Below, one piece after another: positions 1 through 8,755 of a stretch of 34,167 bases of DNA. The notes under the pieces are model-generated. The model was given only the letters and a program-made list of their open reading frames with translations. It was not told the origin of the DNA and searched no databases. The position numbers were made by a program, and so were the translations under genes. The stretch is taken from contig JAYVMZ010000346.1 in the NCBI GenBank assembly GCA_043758735.1, forward strand, positions 1 to 34,167, read 5' to 3'. The stretch comes from Betaproteobacteria bacterium (lineage in GTDB: Bacteria; Pseudomonadota; Gammaproteobacteria; Burkholderiales; JACQAP01). Every line of letters begins with the position of its first letter. Position 1 is the stretch's first letter.

Positions 1-1209
1 GTCCTCGTTGCGATAGCGCCACCACACCAACGCGCACAACGTCAGCCCCAGCACAACTGCAGGCAGCATGCCACCGGTGAACAGAGAGGCGATCGAGACG
101 CCGGTCACCGATCCGATCGTGAGGAGCACCAGGCTAGGGGGAATGGTCTCGGTTTGCGCGCCGGTCGCGGATAGCAGCGCAACCAGATCGCCCTTCTTCG
201 CTCCGCGCCGCTGCATCTCAGGGAACAGGACCGGGGCAATCGCCGCCATGTCGGCGGCCTTGGAGCCGGAGATGCCCGATACCAGATACATCGAGCCCAC
301 CAGCACGTAGTGAAGACCTCCACGCACGTGACCCAGCAGGTTGCCGAGGAACCCGATCATCGCCCGCGCCATCCCGGTCATTTCGATCAGCAGGCCGAGA
401 AAAACGAACAACGGAACCGAGAGCAGGATCAGATGCGACATGCCTTCATCGAGGCGCCCGACGATGGCCGTCATCGGGATCATGGTGGTGATCGCCAAGT
501 AGCCGTAGGTGGCGAGCCCGAAGGCAAAGGCGATCGGCACGCCGGCGAAGACATTGAGCGCGACAATCCCGACGAAGAAGATGAGCAGGTTCTCGTTGTC
601 GAGCTCGAAGAGCACGGGCTGCAGCGCCAGCAGGATGCCGATGCCGACCGCGATCGCCGCCAGCGCACCGAGGATGAGGCGCCAGCTTCCCGCTTCGAGC
701 AGCCGCATCAGGGCGATCAGAAGCATGAGCGCGCTGCCCACGGGAAGCGCGGCGGCGCGCCAGGCATTGGTGATCCCCAGGGCCGGCGTGGTGATCACCA
801 TCTCGTCGTGCGCGAATTCGTAAGCGGGATGCACGATGAGCGCAAGAAAGACCAGCGCCGCGGCAATGGCCAGCATATCGAGGAAGGCGCGCACGGGCGG
901 CGATACCCTGCCCACGATGGCGGTCATGCGCATGTGCTCGCCTCGGCGCAGTGCCACCACCGCACCCAGCATCGCCATCCAGAGGAAGAGGATCGAAGCC
1001 AGTTCGTCCGACCAGAGGAGGGGCCGATGGAAGGCGTAGCGCGACACCACACCTGCGAACAGGATCACCACCTCGACGGCGACGAGCAGGGCGGCAGCAG
1101 TTTCGACGGTGGTCCCGACTGCGGCTTCCAGCGCCACCAGCCACTTCGGCGCCCTTGCCCGCGGTGCGAGGATAGCCTGGGGATCGGTGAATTCGGAGCG
1201 GGGGTTCAT
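1..1209 (-). CDS. TRAP transporter fused small/large permease (DctQ-DctM), truncated by window edge
   Basis: Not in the ORF track because its stop lies outside the window. My translation from ATG 1209 gives MNPRSEF...VEVVILFAGVVSRYAFHRPLLWSDELASILFLWMAMLGAVVALRRGEHMRM (DctQ signature), followed by a hydrophobic DctM-like region (LLAVPLFVFLGLLIEMTGMARAMIGF). It starts 4 nt after the dehydratase stop. Confidence 0.88.
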   Translation of the reverse strand, partial: MNPRSEFTDPQAILAPRARAPKWLVALEAAVGTTVETAAALLVAVEVVILFAGVVSRYAFHRPLLWSDELASILFLWMAMLGAVVALRRGEHMRMTAIVGRVSPPVRAFLDMLAIAAALVFLALIVHPAYEFAHDEMVITTPALGITNAWRAAALPVGSALMLLIALMRLLEAGSWRLILGALAAIAVGIGILLALQPVLFELDNENLLIFFVGIVALNVFAGVPIAFAFGLATYGYLAITTMIPMTAIVGRLDEGMSHLILLSVPLFVFLGLLIEMTGMARAMIGFLGNLLGHVRGGLHYVLVGSMYLVSGISGSKAADMAAIAPVLFPEMQRRGAKKGDLVALLSATGAQTETIPPSLVLLTIGSVTGVSIASLFTGGMLPAVVLGLTLCALVWWRYRNED

Positions 1210-1213
1210 CTGA

Positions 1214-2920
1214 TCACCGCGCCGCGGCATCCGTCACGGCGCCTCGCGATGCATCGGTTACCAGCCGCGCATATTTGGCCAGCACGCCGCTGGTGTACCG
1301 CGGCGGCGGCGCGCTCCAGCTGGCAAGGCGCTGCTGTATCTGCGCCTCGCTCAGATCCACATCGAGCCGCCGGTTCTCGACGTCGACGATGACCATATCG
1401 CCTTCGCGCAGGGCGGCAATCGGACCCCGCTCCGCGGCTTCGGGCACGATGTGCCCGATCACGAAGCCGCGCGTCGCGCCGGAGAAGCGCCCGTCGGTTA
1501 TCAGCGCCACCGTTTCGCCCAATCCCGAGCCCTGCAGCGCGCCGGTCACCAGTTGCATCTCGCGCATGCCGGGGCCGCCACGCGGACCTTCGTAGCGCAG
1601 GACCATGACGTCGTGAGGCTGGATGCGGTTGTCCTTGATCGCCTGAAATGCGTCTTCCTCGCGCTCGAACACCCGCGCGGGCCCACGATGGATCGCCTTC
1701 TTCTGCCCGGAGATCTTGATCACGCAACCGCCGGGGGCGAGATTTCCACGCAGGATGGCCAGGCCGCCTTCCTTCTTCAGCGCCTGGTCCAGGGGCTTGA
1801 TGACGTTCTGTCCCGCCGGCTCCGACGCACGCTCGATCTCCTCACCCAGCGTGCGCCCGCTGACGGTCATCTCATTCGCGTGCAGCAGTCCGGCCTGCAG
1901 CAGGCGCTTGCCCACCACCGCCATGCCGCCGGCTTCGTACATCTCCGGCGCGGTGTAGGTGCCCCACGGCCTCAGGTCGGCCAGCACCGGTGTACGGCGC
2001 GAAATCCGGTCGAAGTCGTCGATGGCCAGCGGAACACCGAATTCGTGCGCGGTGGCGAGCAGATGCAGCACCGCATTGGTGGAGCCGCCGGTCGCCATCA
2101 CGCCCGTAATAGCGTTCTCGAAGCTGCGTTGCGTCACCAGCGAGCGCGGCGTAGTGCCCTTGCGCACCAGCTCCATCACCAGCTTGCCGCACTCGAACGC
2201 AACGTCGGCCTTCGCCGGATTCGTCGCCGGCACGTCGTTCCATCCCATGCCGGCGATGCCGAGCATCTCGTAGGCGGTGGCCATCGTGTTGGCTGTGAAC
2301 TGACCGCCGCAGGCCCCCGCGCCCGGGCAGGCGTGGTCCTCGACGTCCTTGAACTCCTCTGCGTTGATCCTGCCCGCGTTGAATGCGCCCAGCGCCTCGT
2401 ACGCGTCCTGGATGGTCAGCTTGCGCCCTCCGAACATGCTGTTCGGGCGCATGCATGCGCCAGATTGGATCGAGCCTCCGTACAGGGTGAGCCCGGGGAT
2501 GTCGAGCCGTCCCATCACCATGCCCATGGCCGGAATCGTCTTGTCGCAGCCCGAGATGGTGACGATGCCGTCGAACATGTGGCCGCGCGCCACCAGTTCC
2601 ACGGAATCCGCGATCAGTTCGCGGCTGATCAGCGAGGTCTTCATGCCTTCGGTGCCCGTCGTGATGGCGTCGTTGATCGCGATGGTGTTCACCTCGAGCG
2701 GTGTGCCGCCGGCGGCGCGGATCCCGGCCATCACCCTTTGTGCCAGTTCGCGATGGTTCCAGTTGCACGGCATGGTCCCGATCCAGCAGTGCGCGACGCC
2801 GATCTGCGGCCGTGCCAGATCCTCGTCGGTGAATCCGATTGCTTTCATCATCGAGCGCGCCACCGCGCGGTCGGGGCCTTCCAGCAGCGTGCGGCTCTTG
2901 TGTCTTGGGTCGACGGCCAT
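1214..2920 (-). CDS. ilvD: IlvD/Edd-family dihydroxy-acid dehydratase (Fe-S)
   Basis: Motifs PCN, SRELIADS, GCDKT, CPGAGACGGQFTANTM, GGSTN, GPRGGPGMREM, TDGRFSG. The family is secure. The substrate is uncertain because the gene sits in a catabolic operon. Confidence 0.9.
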   Translation of the reverse strand: MAVDPRHKSRTLLEGPDRAVARSMMKAIGFTDEDLARPQIGVAHCWIGTMPCNWNHRELAQRVMAGIRAAGGTPLEVNTIAINDAITTGTEGMKTSLISRELIADSVELVARGHMFDGIVTISGCDKTIPAMGMVMGRLDIPGLTLYGGSIQSGACMRPNSMFGGRKLTIQDAYEALGAFNAGRINAEEFKDVEDHACPGAGACGGQFTANTMATAYEMLGIAGMGWNDVPATNPAKADVAFECGKLVMELVRKGTTPRSLVTQRSFENAITGVMATGGSTNAVLHLLATAHEFGVPLAIDDFDRISRRTPVLADLRPWGTYTAPEMYEAGGMAVVGKRLLQAGLLHANEMTVSGRTLGEEIERASEPAGQNVIKPLDQALKKEGGLAILRGNLAPGGCVIKISGQKKAIHRGPARVFEREEDAFQAIKDNRIQPHDVMVLRYEGPRGGPGMREMQLVTGALQGSGLGETVALITDGRFSGATRGFVIGHIVPEAAERGPIAALREGDMVIVDVENRRLDVDLSEAQIQQRLASWSAPPPRYTSGVLAKYARLVTDASRGAVTDAAAR

Positions 2921-2936
2921 CGGGTTCTCCTTTTTC

Positions 2937-3332
2937 TCAGCGCGACACGATTTGCGTCAACACTGTGCGCACGCGTGCGCCGGGCGCGAGCCCAGCGGCT
3001 AGCCCAAGCGCGTTCACGTGAGACAGCACGCCGTTTTCCCACATGTCCATCGAATCGCCGATGCGCCCGCTCGTGTGCGCCACCGTCGCTGCGGCGACCC
3101 CGCGCTTCTGCAGCATGTCCAGCGCTGCGATGCCGGCGTTATCTTTGCCTACGCCGGCATCGTTGAAAATCACCGCCTTGAGCGGCACTTCCAGCGCGAA
3201 CTCTCCCGAGCTCGTACCGCCGTGCGAAGCGCACACGACGATGGCGCCCTTATCCTCGGACGTGACCTTGGTAATCGAGTCCATCAGGATCACCCGGCCC
3301 CCACTTCCTTTTGCGGCTTCCTTCTTCAGCAT
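2937..3332 (-). CDS. Conserved hypothetical protein (131 aa)
   Basis: AGGAGG-type RBS (agaggaggctcagATG), 15-16 nt spacing to both neighbours, and Gly/Asp/His-rich motifs DSIT, ASHGG, FNDAGVGKDNAG, SGRIGD. Confidence 0.8.
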   Translation of the reverse strand: MLKKEAAKGSGGRVILMDSITKVTSEDKGAIVVCASHGGTSSGEFALEVPLKAVIFNDAGVGKDNAGIAALDMLQKRGVAAATVAHTSGRIGDSMDMWENGVLSHVNALGLAAGLAPGARVRTVLTQIVSR

Positions 3333-3347
3333 CTGAGCCTCCTCTTG

Positions 3348-4181
3348 TCAAACCGATGTGATCATGCGGATGCTCTCGGCGATGGCCTCGCGCTCGAACA
3401 CCTTCTTCCAGTCGGGCGCAAAGATCTCCTTCTTTGCGCGCGCCACTGCCTTATTGGCCGCGTCCGACATCCTTACGCCAGGAAGCTGATCGAACAGGAT
3501 CGCCAGCTCGACATTGAGGTGGCCGAGGATGAAGTCGCGCGCAGCCTCTTCCGGCACCCCACGGTGCACCGCTTCGTCCATGGCTTCGCGAATGATGGTG
3601 AGGCAGGTGGCGCACACGGTTTCCGACAGGACCGGCTCGAGGATCGCCATCTGGTCCACGGTCGCCCGGTGCGAGCGGATCACCGGTGCGTACATGCGCT
3701 TGGACACGTCCTCAGCCACCGCGAAATTCTTTTCGTCGCCGCGCAGCAGCGCACACACGATTGCCTGCTTGGCCTTTAGGCCGCCGAAGTAGTCGCGCTT
3801 CGCTTCCAGGTCGGTCTCGTCGTTGAAGATGGACGGATGACAGGGGTGGGCGACGAAAATCGTCAGATCCTTTCGCTCCGGCAGGTGGCCGGCGAACGGT
3901 GCCGCCGCATCCAGCGCGATCAACGTTGCGCCCTGCTTGAACTTGTCGACCAGCTTGGCGGTGACCTTCGCGATCATGTTGTCGGGGATGGCCAGGATCA
4001 CGACATCGGCCTCGGGCAGCGCATTGTCGGCCTCCACGCAGGTGATGCCCAGCTCCTTCAACCGGGTGCGCCCGGCTTCGCTGACCTCGATGTGGCTCAC
4101 CTGGTAGGGCGCGCCCCTCAGATTCGCCGATACGCGGTAGCCCATCTTGCCGCCCGCGCCAAGAACTGCGACTTTCTTCAT
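3348..4181 (-). CDS. apnO: D-apionate oxidoisomerase-like NAD-binding protein (6PGD C-terminal domain family)
   Basis: Start moved to ATG 4181 (RBS GGAG). Rossmann motif KVAVLGAGGKMG, plus LDAAAP, HPCHP, DYFGG, AILEPxLSET and FILGH. It lies next to an OiaK-type kinase and an RLP, as in known apionate clusters. Confidence 0.8.
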   Translation of the reverse strand: MKKVAVLGAGGKMGYRVSANLRGAPYQVSHIEVSEAGRTRLKELGITCVEADNALPEADVVILAIPDNMIAKVTAKLVDKFKQGATLIALDAAAPFAGHLPERKDLTIFVAHPCHPSIFNDETDLEAKRDYFGGLKAKQAIVCALLRGDEKNFAVAEDVSKRMYAPVIRSHRATVDQMAILEPVLSETVCATCLTIIREAMDEAVHRGVPEEAARDFILGHLNVELAILFDQLPGVRMSDAANKAVARAKKEIFAPDWKKVFEREAIAESIRMITSV

Positions 4182-4286
4182 GATGCTGTCTCCCTGATGA
4201 AATCCAACTCGATTACCTGCGAATTTGCCTGCCCAGCGCCAAACCCTCGTTTCCAATTGCGGGAGAGCGAGCAAGTTGTGCAAGTC

Positions 4287-5663
4287 TCAACGATCTCCCC
4301 GCGCCATGCCAAAATAATCTGCTTTGCCCATTTGGCCGCCCTTCAACGCGATCTCCAGGCCGTCGAACTTTGGGTCTTCGGAATAGCCCCGGCATAGCGG
4401 AGCGCCGGGCGTCAGTTCGGCAAGCATCTCCAGCCCGTACAACCCAAGCTCCTGCGTGGCATAGCTCGACGTGTCGCCGCCCGCCACAACCACGCGCCGC
4501 AGGCCGGTGCGCGCAAGCAGATCGCGTGCGATTCGTCCGAGTGCCGTGCCCAGTGTCTTTGCGGTGTTCCCCGAACTGCCGCCAGCCCCCCCCGCCAGCG
4601 TCTCGCGGGTCGCTCGAATGCTCGGATCGTCGGGGCCGGCAGCGGTGTAGACCACCACGCTCTTCCCCGCAGACAACGAAGAGTACGCACGCTCGGACAA
4701 AACCCGGGCCGTGGTCTCCATCCCCTGAGGGCGGCACAGCTCCTCCGTGGGGACGCGAATGCACTCGAAGCCGTGCTCGGATGCCCATTGAATCTGGGTC
4801 GCCGTCATCGGAGAGGCGCTGCCGGACACGACCAGCAGCTGCGATACCGGCACGACGGGCTTGAACGTTGCCCGTGCGGCCGGGATCACGCCGCTTGCGC
4901 GCCAGTGCGCTGCAAGCGCGTATTCGACGCCAGAGGATCCGATGGCGAAGTGTTGTGCATGCTGCGCTTGCTGCCAGATCAGGCGGCCGACCATGCGCAG
5001 GCTCGGGTCATCGGCGCAGTCGTAGAGCAGCAGATCGGGTTTGCTCTTCAGCTTGCGGGCATGGCGCGCATCCACGCTGCCCTCGTCGCCCGCCAGTTCG
5101 GGCAGGCTCATCAATCCGATGCTGGCTTGCGTCTGGCGCGACAAGTGCACGCGCAGATCGGCCTCGTGCATGGGAGTCACCGGATGGCGCGACATGGTCG
5201 GATGCCGGTCGAGCCGGAACACGTCATCTCCCGCCGCCGCGAAGTGGTTGCCGAAGATCGTGTAACGCCGCAACGGCGGCGCACCGGCCAGCACCGACAT
5301 CGTCTGGCCGCCGGAAAATGCACGGCGCGCCAGGTCCGCCACATGGCCGATGCTGCCCACCTCGGGCGCAGAATCGAAGGTCGAACACACTTTGTAATGC
5401 GTGAGCGGCGCACCCAGGGACCACAGCTCGTGCAGGACCGGCTCGAGCTGAGCGTCCATTTCAGCCGGGGACATCGCGCGGCTGGTGCCGGCTACGCCGA
5501 TGCAGCGCAGATTGGGAAACTTCTGCTGCAGGAACTCTGGCGTGGGCGGCGACAGGAACAGCACGGTACGTAATCCCGACAGGGCGAGCGCCTCCATCGC
5601 GTCGGTGGACCCGGTGAAATCGTCGCCGTAGAAGGCGAGCAGTAGATTCGAGCCCATCGCCAT
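4287..5663 (-). CDS. oiaK: Four-carbon acid-sugar kinase family (DUF1537), 3-oxo-isoapionate kinase-like
   Basis: YGDDFTGSTD, YKVCSTFDS, RHPTMSRHPVTPM, SGSASPMT, AGGDTSS, ALKGGQMG. Its start overlaps the RLP stop (TGATG). Confidence 0.82.
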   Translation of the reverse strand: MAMGSNLLLAFYGDDFTGSTDAMEALALSGLRTVLFLSPPTPEFLQQKFPNLRCIGVAGTSRAMSPAEMDAQLEPVLHELWSLGAPLTHYKVCSTFDSAPEVGSIGHVADLARRAFSGGQTMSVLAGAPPLRRYTIFGNHFAAAGDDVFRLDRHPTMSRHPVTPMHEADLRVHLSRQTQASIGLMSLPELAGDEGSVDARHARKLKSKPDLLLYDCADDPSLRMVGRLIWQQAQHAQHFAIGSSGVEYALAAHWRASGVIPAARATFKPVVPVSQLLVVSGSASPMTATQIQWASEHGFECIRVPTEELCRPQGMETTARVLSERAYSSLSAGKSVVVYTAAGPDDPSIRATRETLAGGAGGSSGNTAKTLGTALGRIARDLLARTGLRRVVVAGGDTSSYATQELGLYGLEMLAELTPGAPLCRGYSEDPKFDGLEIALKGGQMGKADYFGMARGDR

Positions 5664-6931
5664 CAGCTACGGCCTCCGAATTTTTCGATCGCCGCCCGAA
5701 GTTCGGGATGCGTCTGCGCATATCCTTCCAGCGTCGCGCCGGCAAGTGCGGCCTCCCAGCCCTGCTGCATGCTGCGCACGCCGGCGGCGGTGCCTCCCGG
5801 GTGCGCGATGATGCCGCCGCCGGCCAGGTGAATCACGTCGATGGTCTTCGTGGCGGCGTAGATCGGCAACGCCGAGCCGGCCCATTGTGCGGACGAGATC
5901 GCCGGCATGACGCGATAGTCTCCCAACAGCGGAGTAAGGCAGTCTTTGATCGAGCGGCTCACCTCATCGTTGGTCTCGTAGAATTTGCTGTTGAAGCCGC
6001 CCACGTGCAGATGGTCCACGCCCGCAAGCCTGCACAGCTTCTGGTACGCGGTGAAACCGATGCCAAGCAGCGGGTGGCGCGCCATTGCGCCGAAATTGGC
6101 GCGGTGGCCATGGATCGGCAACGCGCAGTGGCGCCGCATATGCGCAAGCGCTGCGAAGCCGACGCTGTTGATGTTGATCATCACGCAGGTGCCGCCGTGT
6201 TTCTTCACCAAGTCGTGGCCGCGCAGCATGTGGTCCACGTCGCCGGTAATGTTAAAGGCATACATGGCTTTCTTGCCAGTGGCATCGGCTACGTGCTCGA
6301 TCTCGCGCATGACGGCAGCAATTCGCTGAGCCAGAGGCGCATACGGCGGGTCGGCCTGCAGCTCGTCATCCTTGATGAAGTCCAGCCCGGCCGACGCCAG
6401 GTCGCGCACCAGCTTGCATAGCGCCTCGGAGGACAGGCCGATGCTGGGCTTGACGATCGTCCCGATCAGCGGGCGGCCCGACACTTGAATAAGCTTGCGC
6501 GTACCCTCGATGCCGAAACCCGGGCCGGGATAGCGTTGTGCGAATGCCTGCGGCAGCTCGAGATCCTCGAGCCGAATTCCTGACAGTTCCTGCAGCTCGT
6601 ACAGGTTGCCTGCCACGGTGGCAAGCAGGCTGGGAAGCGAAGGGCCGAAGTTGTGCAAAGGAAACGAGATGACGACGCGGCCCCGGTGGTATACGGCACG
6701 GCCCGCACCCGAATGCGGGGCCTTGCTGCCAGGCAGGCTCGGCGCAGGTACGGTGTCAAGCGGTTCGATACGAACCACCTGCGCTCCGAAACGCTCCTTC
6801 AGTTCGCTGGTTTCGCCGGGGACGGAAACGAACGTGCCGCTCGATTGCTCCCCGGCAAGTACGGCCGCAGCATGCTCAAGCGAGTGCGGCGTCTCGATCA
6901 GATAAGTTGCAAAAACTCGATCCTGGTTCAT
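5663..6931 (-). CDS. RuBisCO-like protein (type IV), OiaT/OiaX-type 3-oxo-isoapionate-4-phosphate enzyme
   Basis: GEQSSGTF, GTIVKPSIGL, DFIKDDE (carbamylated Lys motif), HGHR, VDHLHVGG, LAGGGI. The Lys177 equivalent is Ser and there is no cbbS or prk nearby. Confidence 0.88.
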   Translation of the reverse strand: MNQDRVFATYLIETPHSLEHAAAVLAGEQSSGTFVSVPGETSELKERFGAQVVRIEPLDTVPAPSLPGSKAPHSGAGRAVYHRGRVVISFPLHNFGPSLPSLLATVAGNLYELQELSGIRLEDLELPQAFAQRYPGPGFGIEGTRKLIQVSGRPLIGTIVKPSIGLSSEALCKLVRDLASAGLDFIKDDELQADPPYAPLAQRIAAVMREIEHVADATGKKAMYAFNITGDVDHMLRGHDLVKKHGGTCVMININSVGFAALAHMRRHCALPIHGHRANFGAMARHPLLGIGFTAYQKLCRLAGVDHLHVGGFNSKFYETNDEVSRSIKDCLTPLLGDYRVMPAISSAQWAGSALPIYAATKTIDVIHLAGGGIIAHPGGTAAGVRSMQQGWEAALAGATLEGYAQTHPELRAAIEKFGGRS

Positions 6932-6964
6932 GACGGCTTCTTTTTCTTTAACCTGAAATTGGCG

Positions 6965-7493
6965 CTACACGCCGAGCTGGGTGGCGAGATCCATGAAGTC
7001 TCTGGCGACGAAGCGCGATGCCTGCGCCGTCCTGCGCGGTGTCTGGCCTTCGCTTGGGTCCGTACTCGAGCGGACGTGTAACAAGCGCCGTCCGCAATCC
7101 GACCTTGCGCGCGGCGATCAGGTCGTCCACTTGGGCCGCCACCATGATGACCTGGGGCGCTGTGGGACCCAGGAGGCTGGCAGCGCCCAGATAGGCTTCG
7201 GGATCGGGCTTGTAATGCGCGAACAGTTCCACCCAATCCACGTCGATGCCTTTGCGCTTCCCGAGCAGTTCCCCCTCTCGGATGATGGAACCACGCCAGT
7301 CCACGACCGTGCCGAATACATCGAAAACGAGGGCGTTCACCGCACTACGCGGATCGGATTGCGCCGGCGAATCGTAGGGGCTTGCTGCCGCGGCTACCTT
7401 GGCGTTGGCCGCTGCCAGCCAGCGAAGGGATGTCGCGCCCACGGCAATGAAGTCGCGGCGTGCGAGGGGCGCCTTACCGTGCTCTGAACTCAT
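6965..7493 (-). pseudogene. Type II haloacid dehalogenase (HAD) with Tat-like leader; internal deletion and 3' frameshift
   Basis: RRDFI leader, then motif I ALVFDVFGTVVDWRG joined directly to ELFAHYKPDPEAY, so the cap and SN motif are absent. The natural tail FVARDFMDLATQLGV* (TAG 6965-6967) is in another frame. Confidence 0.8.
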
Positions 7494-7831
7494 GTTCTCG
7501 CCGCTCCTCACGGCTACAAGAGTTGTGGGATACGCAGATCGGGCGTCGTCTCTTCTTCTGTCGTACGTCGCGCCCGAGGCAGGGCGGGATGTATCCCCCA
7601 TACCCGGCTCTCATTGGCCCCGCTAATGTGTGGCTAGGGCGGGCCCCGCTGCAGACTAGCATTGTAATTAGGACTTATGCGAAAAAGCTCCCGCTTTTAC
7701 GATTTATTTGGGTGGTTTCAGAAAATTTTTCTGTATTCGGCTTTACACGTAGAAGGCTGATTATGCCTGCACGACGAAGCTTTATCCTGCCACCTCCACA
7801 CTGTTTGACTTCGGGCCTTCACGCCGTACGC

Positions 7832-7858
7832 AAAAAAAGCCTCCCGAATACAGAGGGC
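7832..7858 (-). terminator. Weak possible intrinsic terminator after cytochrome b561
   Basis: Minus strand GCCCTCTG-TATT-CGGGAGGC followed by T7. The stem has one mismatch and two G-U pairs. Confidence 0.4.
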
Positions 7859-7878
7859 CGCTCTACAGATTTTCTACA

Positions 7879-8436
7879 TTATTTTCCAGGCAGCATGCGC
7901 TGGAAAACCTTATCGCGATTGATCAACAGGTGCTTGAACGCCGCCAGGATGTGAATCACAACCAGGACAATCAACAGCGTTGCGGTCACGCCGTGCACAC
8001 CTTGCAGCAGGTCATAGACGACCTTGTCCTCCGATCCCATGGGCGGAATCTTGAACAATCCGAAATATTTCACACCGTACTTGGTGAACTGCGTGGCGGC
8101 AAACCCGGACAATGGCATCACGATGATGCACATGTAAAGCAGCGCGTGGCTGATCCTGGAGGCCTGGACTTCCCAGTCAGGCATCGACGATGGAAGCACA
8201 GGCGGCGGATTTTTTGCCCGCCACCACAGCCTCGCGATGACCAGCAGCGCGGTGGTGACGCCGATCGATTTATGCAGGTTGAAGAAAAAGGCGCGATCGG
8301 GGTTCCCCTTGGGAACGTCCGTCATATACAGCCCCAGTCCGATCATCGTCAGAACCAGGATCGCGATGATCCAGTGAAAAACGATGGCTGCCGTCGTGTA
8401 GCGCGAACTGCCGCTGCTATTCATATCCAAGGCCAC
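7879..8436 (-). CDS. Cytochrome b561 (CybB/YceJ family)
   Basis: RYTTAAIVFHW, NLHKSIG, SHALLY, PLSG, HILAAFKH; four TM segments with conserved His. The start could instead be ATG 8424. Confidence 0.9.
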   Translation of the reverse strand: MALDMNSSGSSRYTTAAIVFHWIIAILVLTMIGLGLYMTDVPKGNPDRAFFFNLHKSIGVTTALLVIARLWWRAKNPPPVLPSSMPDWEVQASRISHALLYMCIIVMPLSGFAATQFTKYGVKYFGLFKIPPMGSEDKVVYDLLQGVHGVTATLLIVLVVIHILAAFKHLLINRDKVFQRMLPGK

Positions 8437-8490
8437 TCCTCCCCGTCAACAACCAACCCAAACTACCTGTCGCTCCATGTTAGGCAAGCG

Positions 8491-8755
8491 CTATCGGATC
8501 ACAACCCCCCAGGGCCGTTTGCCCACGGGAATATCCTTGATCTTCGTATTGGTCGACGTATCGATCATCGAGACTGTTCCGTCCTTGCCATTCGAAATGA
8601 ACACGCGCGACCCATCGGGATGTACCGTCACTCCATTGGAAAATAGACCTCCCGGTATGACCGCTTTTACCTGTTGCTTGGCCACATCGATTGCGTAGAC
8701 CGTCTCGTTGGTTTCAGTGTTGATGAAGGCAATCGAATTGCTGACTTCGACCGCC
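8491..8755 (-). pseudogene. C-terminal remnant of a YVTN-type beta-propeller protein
   Basis: AVEVSNSIAFINTETN, SNGVTVHPDGSRVFISNGKDGTVSMIDTSTNTKIKDIPVGKRPWGV. Only about 2 blades remain and there is no own start or RBS. Confidence 0.75.

Noticed and set aside
310-3166. Long plus-strand ORFs 310-1392 and 1451-3166
   Set aside because: Antisense shadows of the TRAP permease and ilvD, typical of high-GC codon bias; no recognisable motifs.
5663-6931. RuBisCO large subunit implying CO2 fixation
   Set aside because: Type IV features (KPS rather than KPK, SSAQ rather than SGG), no small subunit or phosphoribulokinase, and a catabolic context.
7730-7854. 11-bp inverted repeat TCTGTATTCGG / CCGAATACAGA about 100 bp apart
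   Set aside because: Short, no target duplication seen, and one arm lies inside the putative terminator; may be chance.
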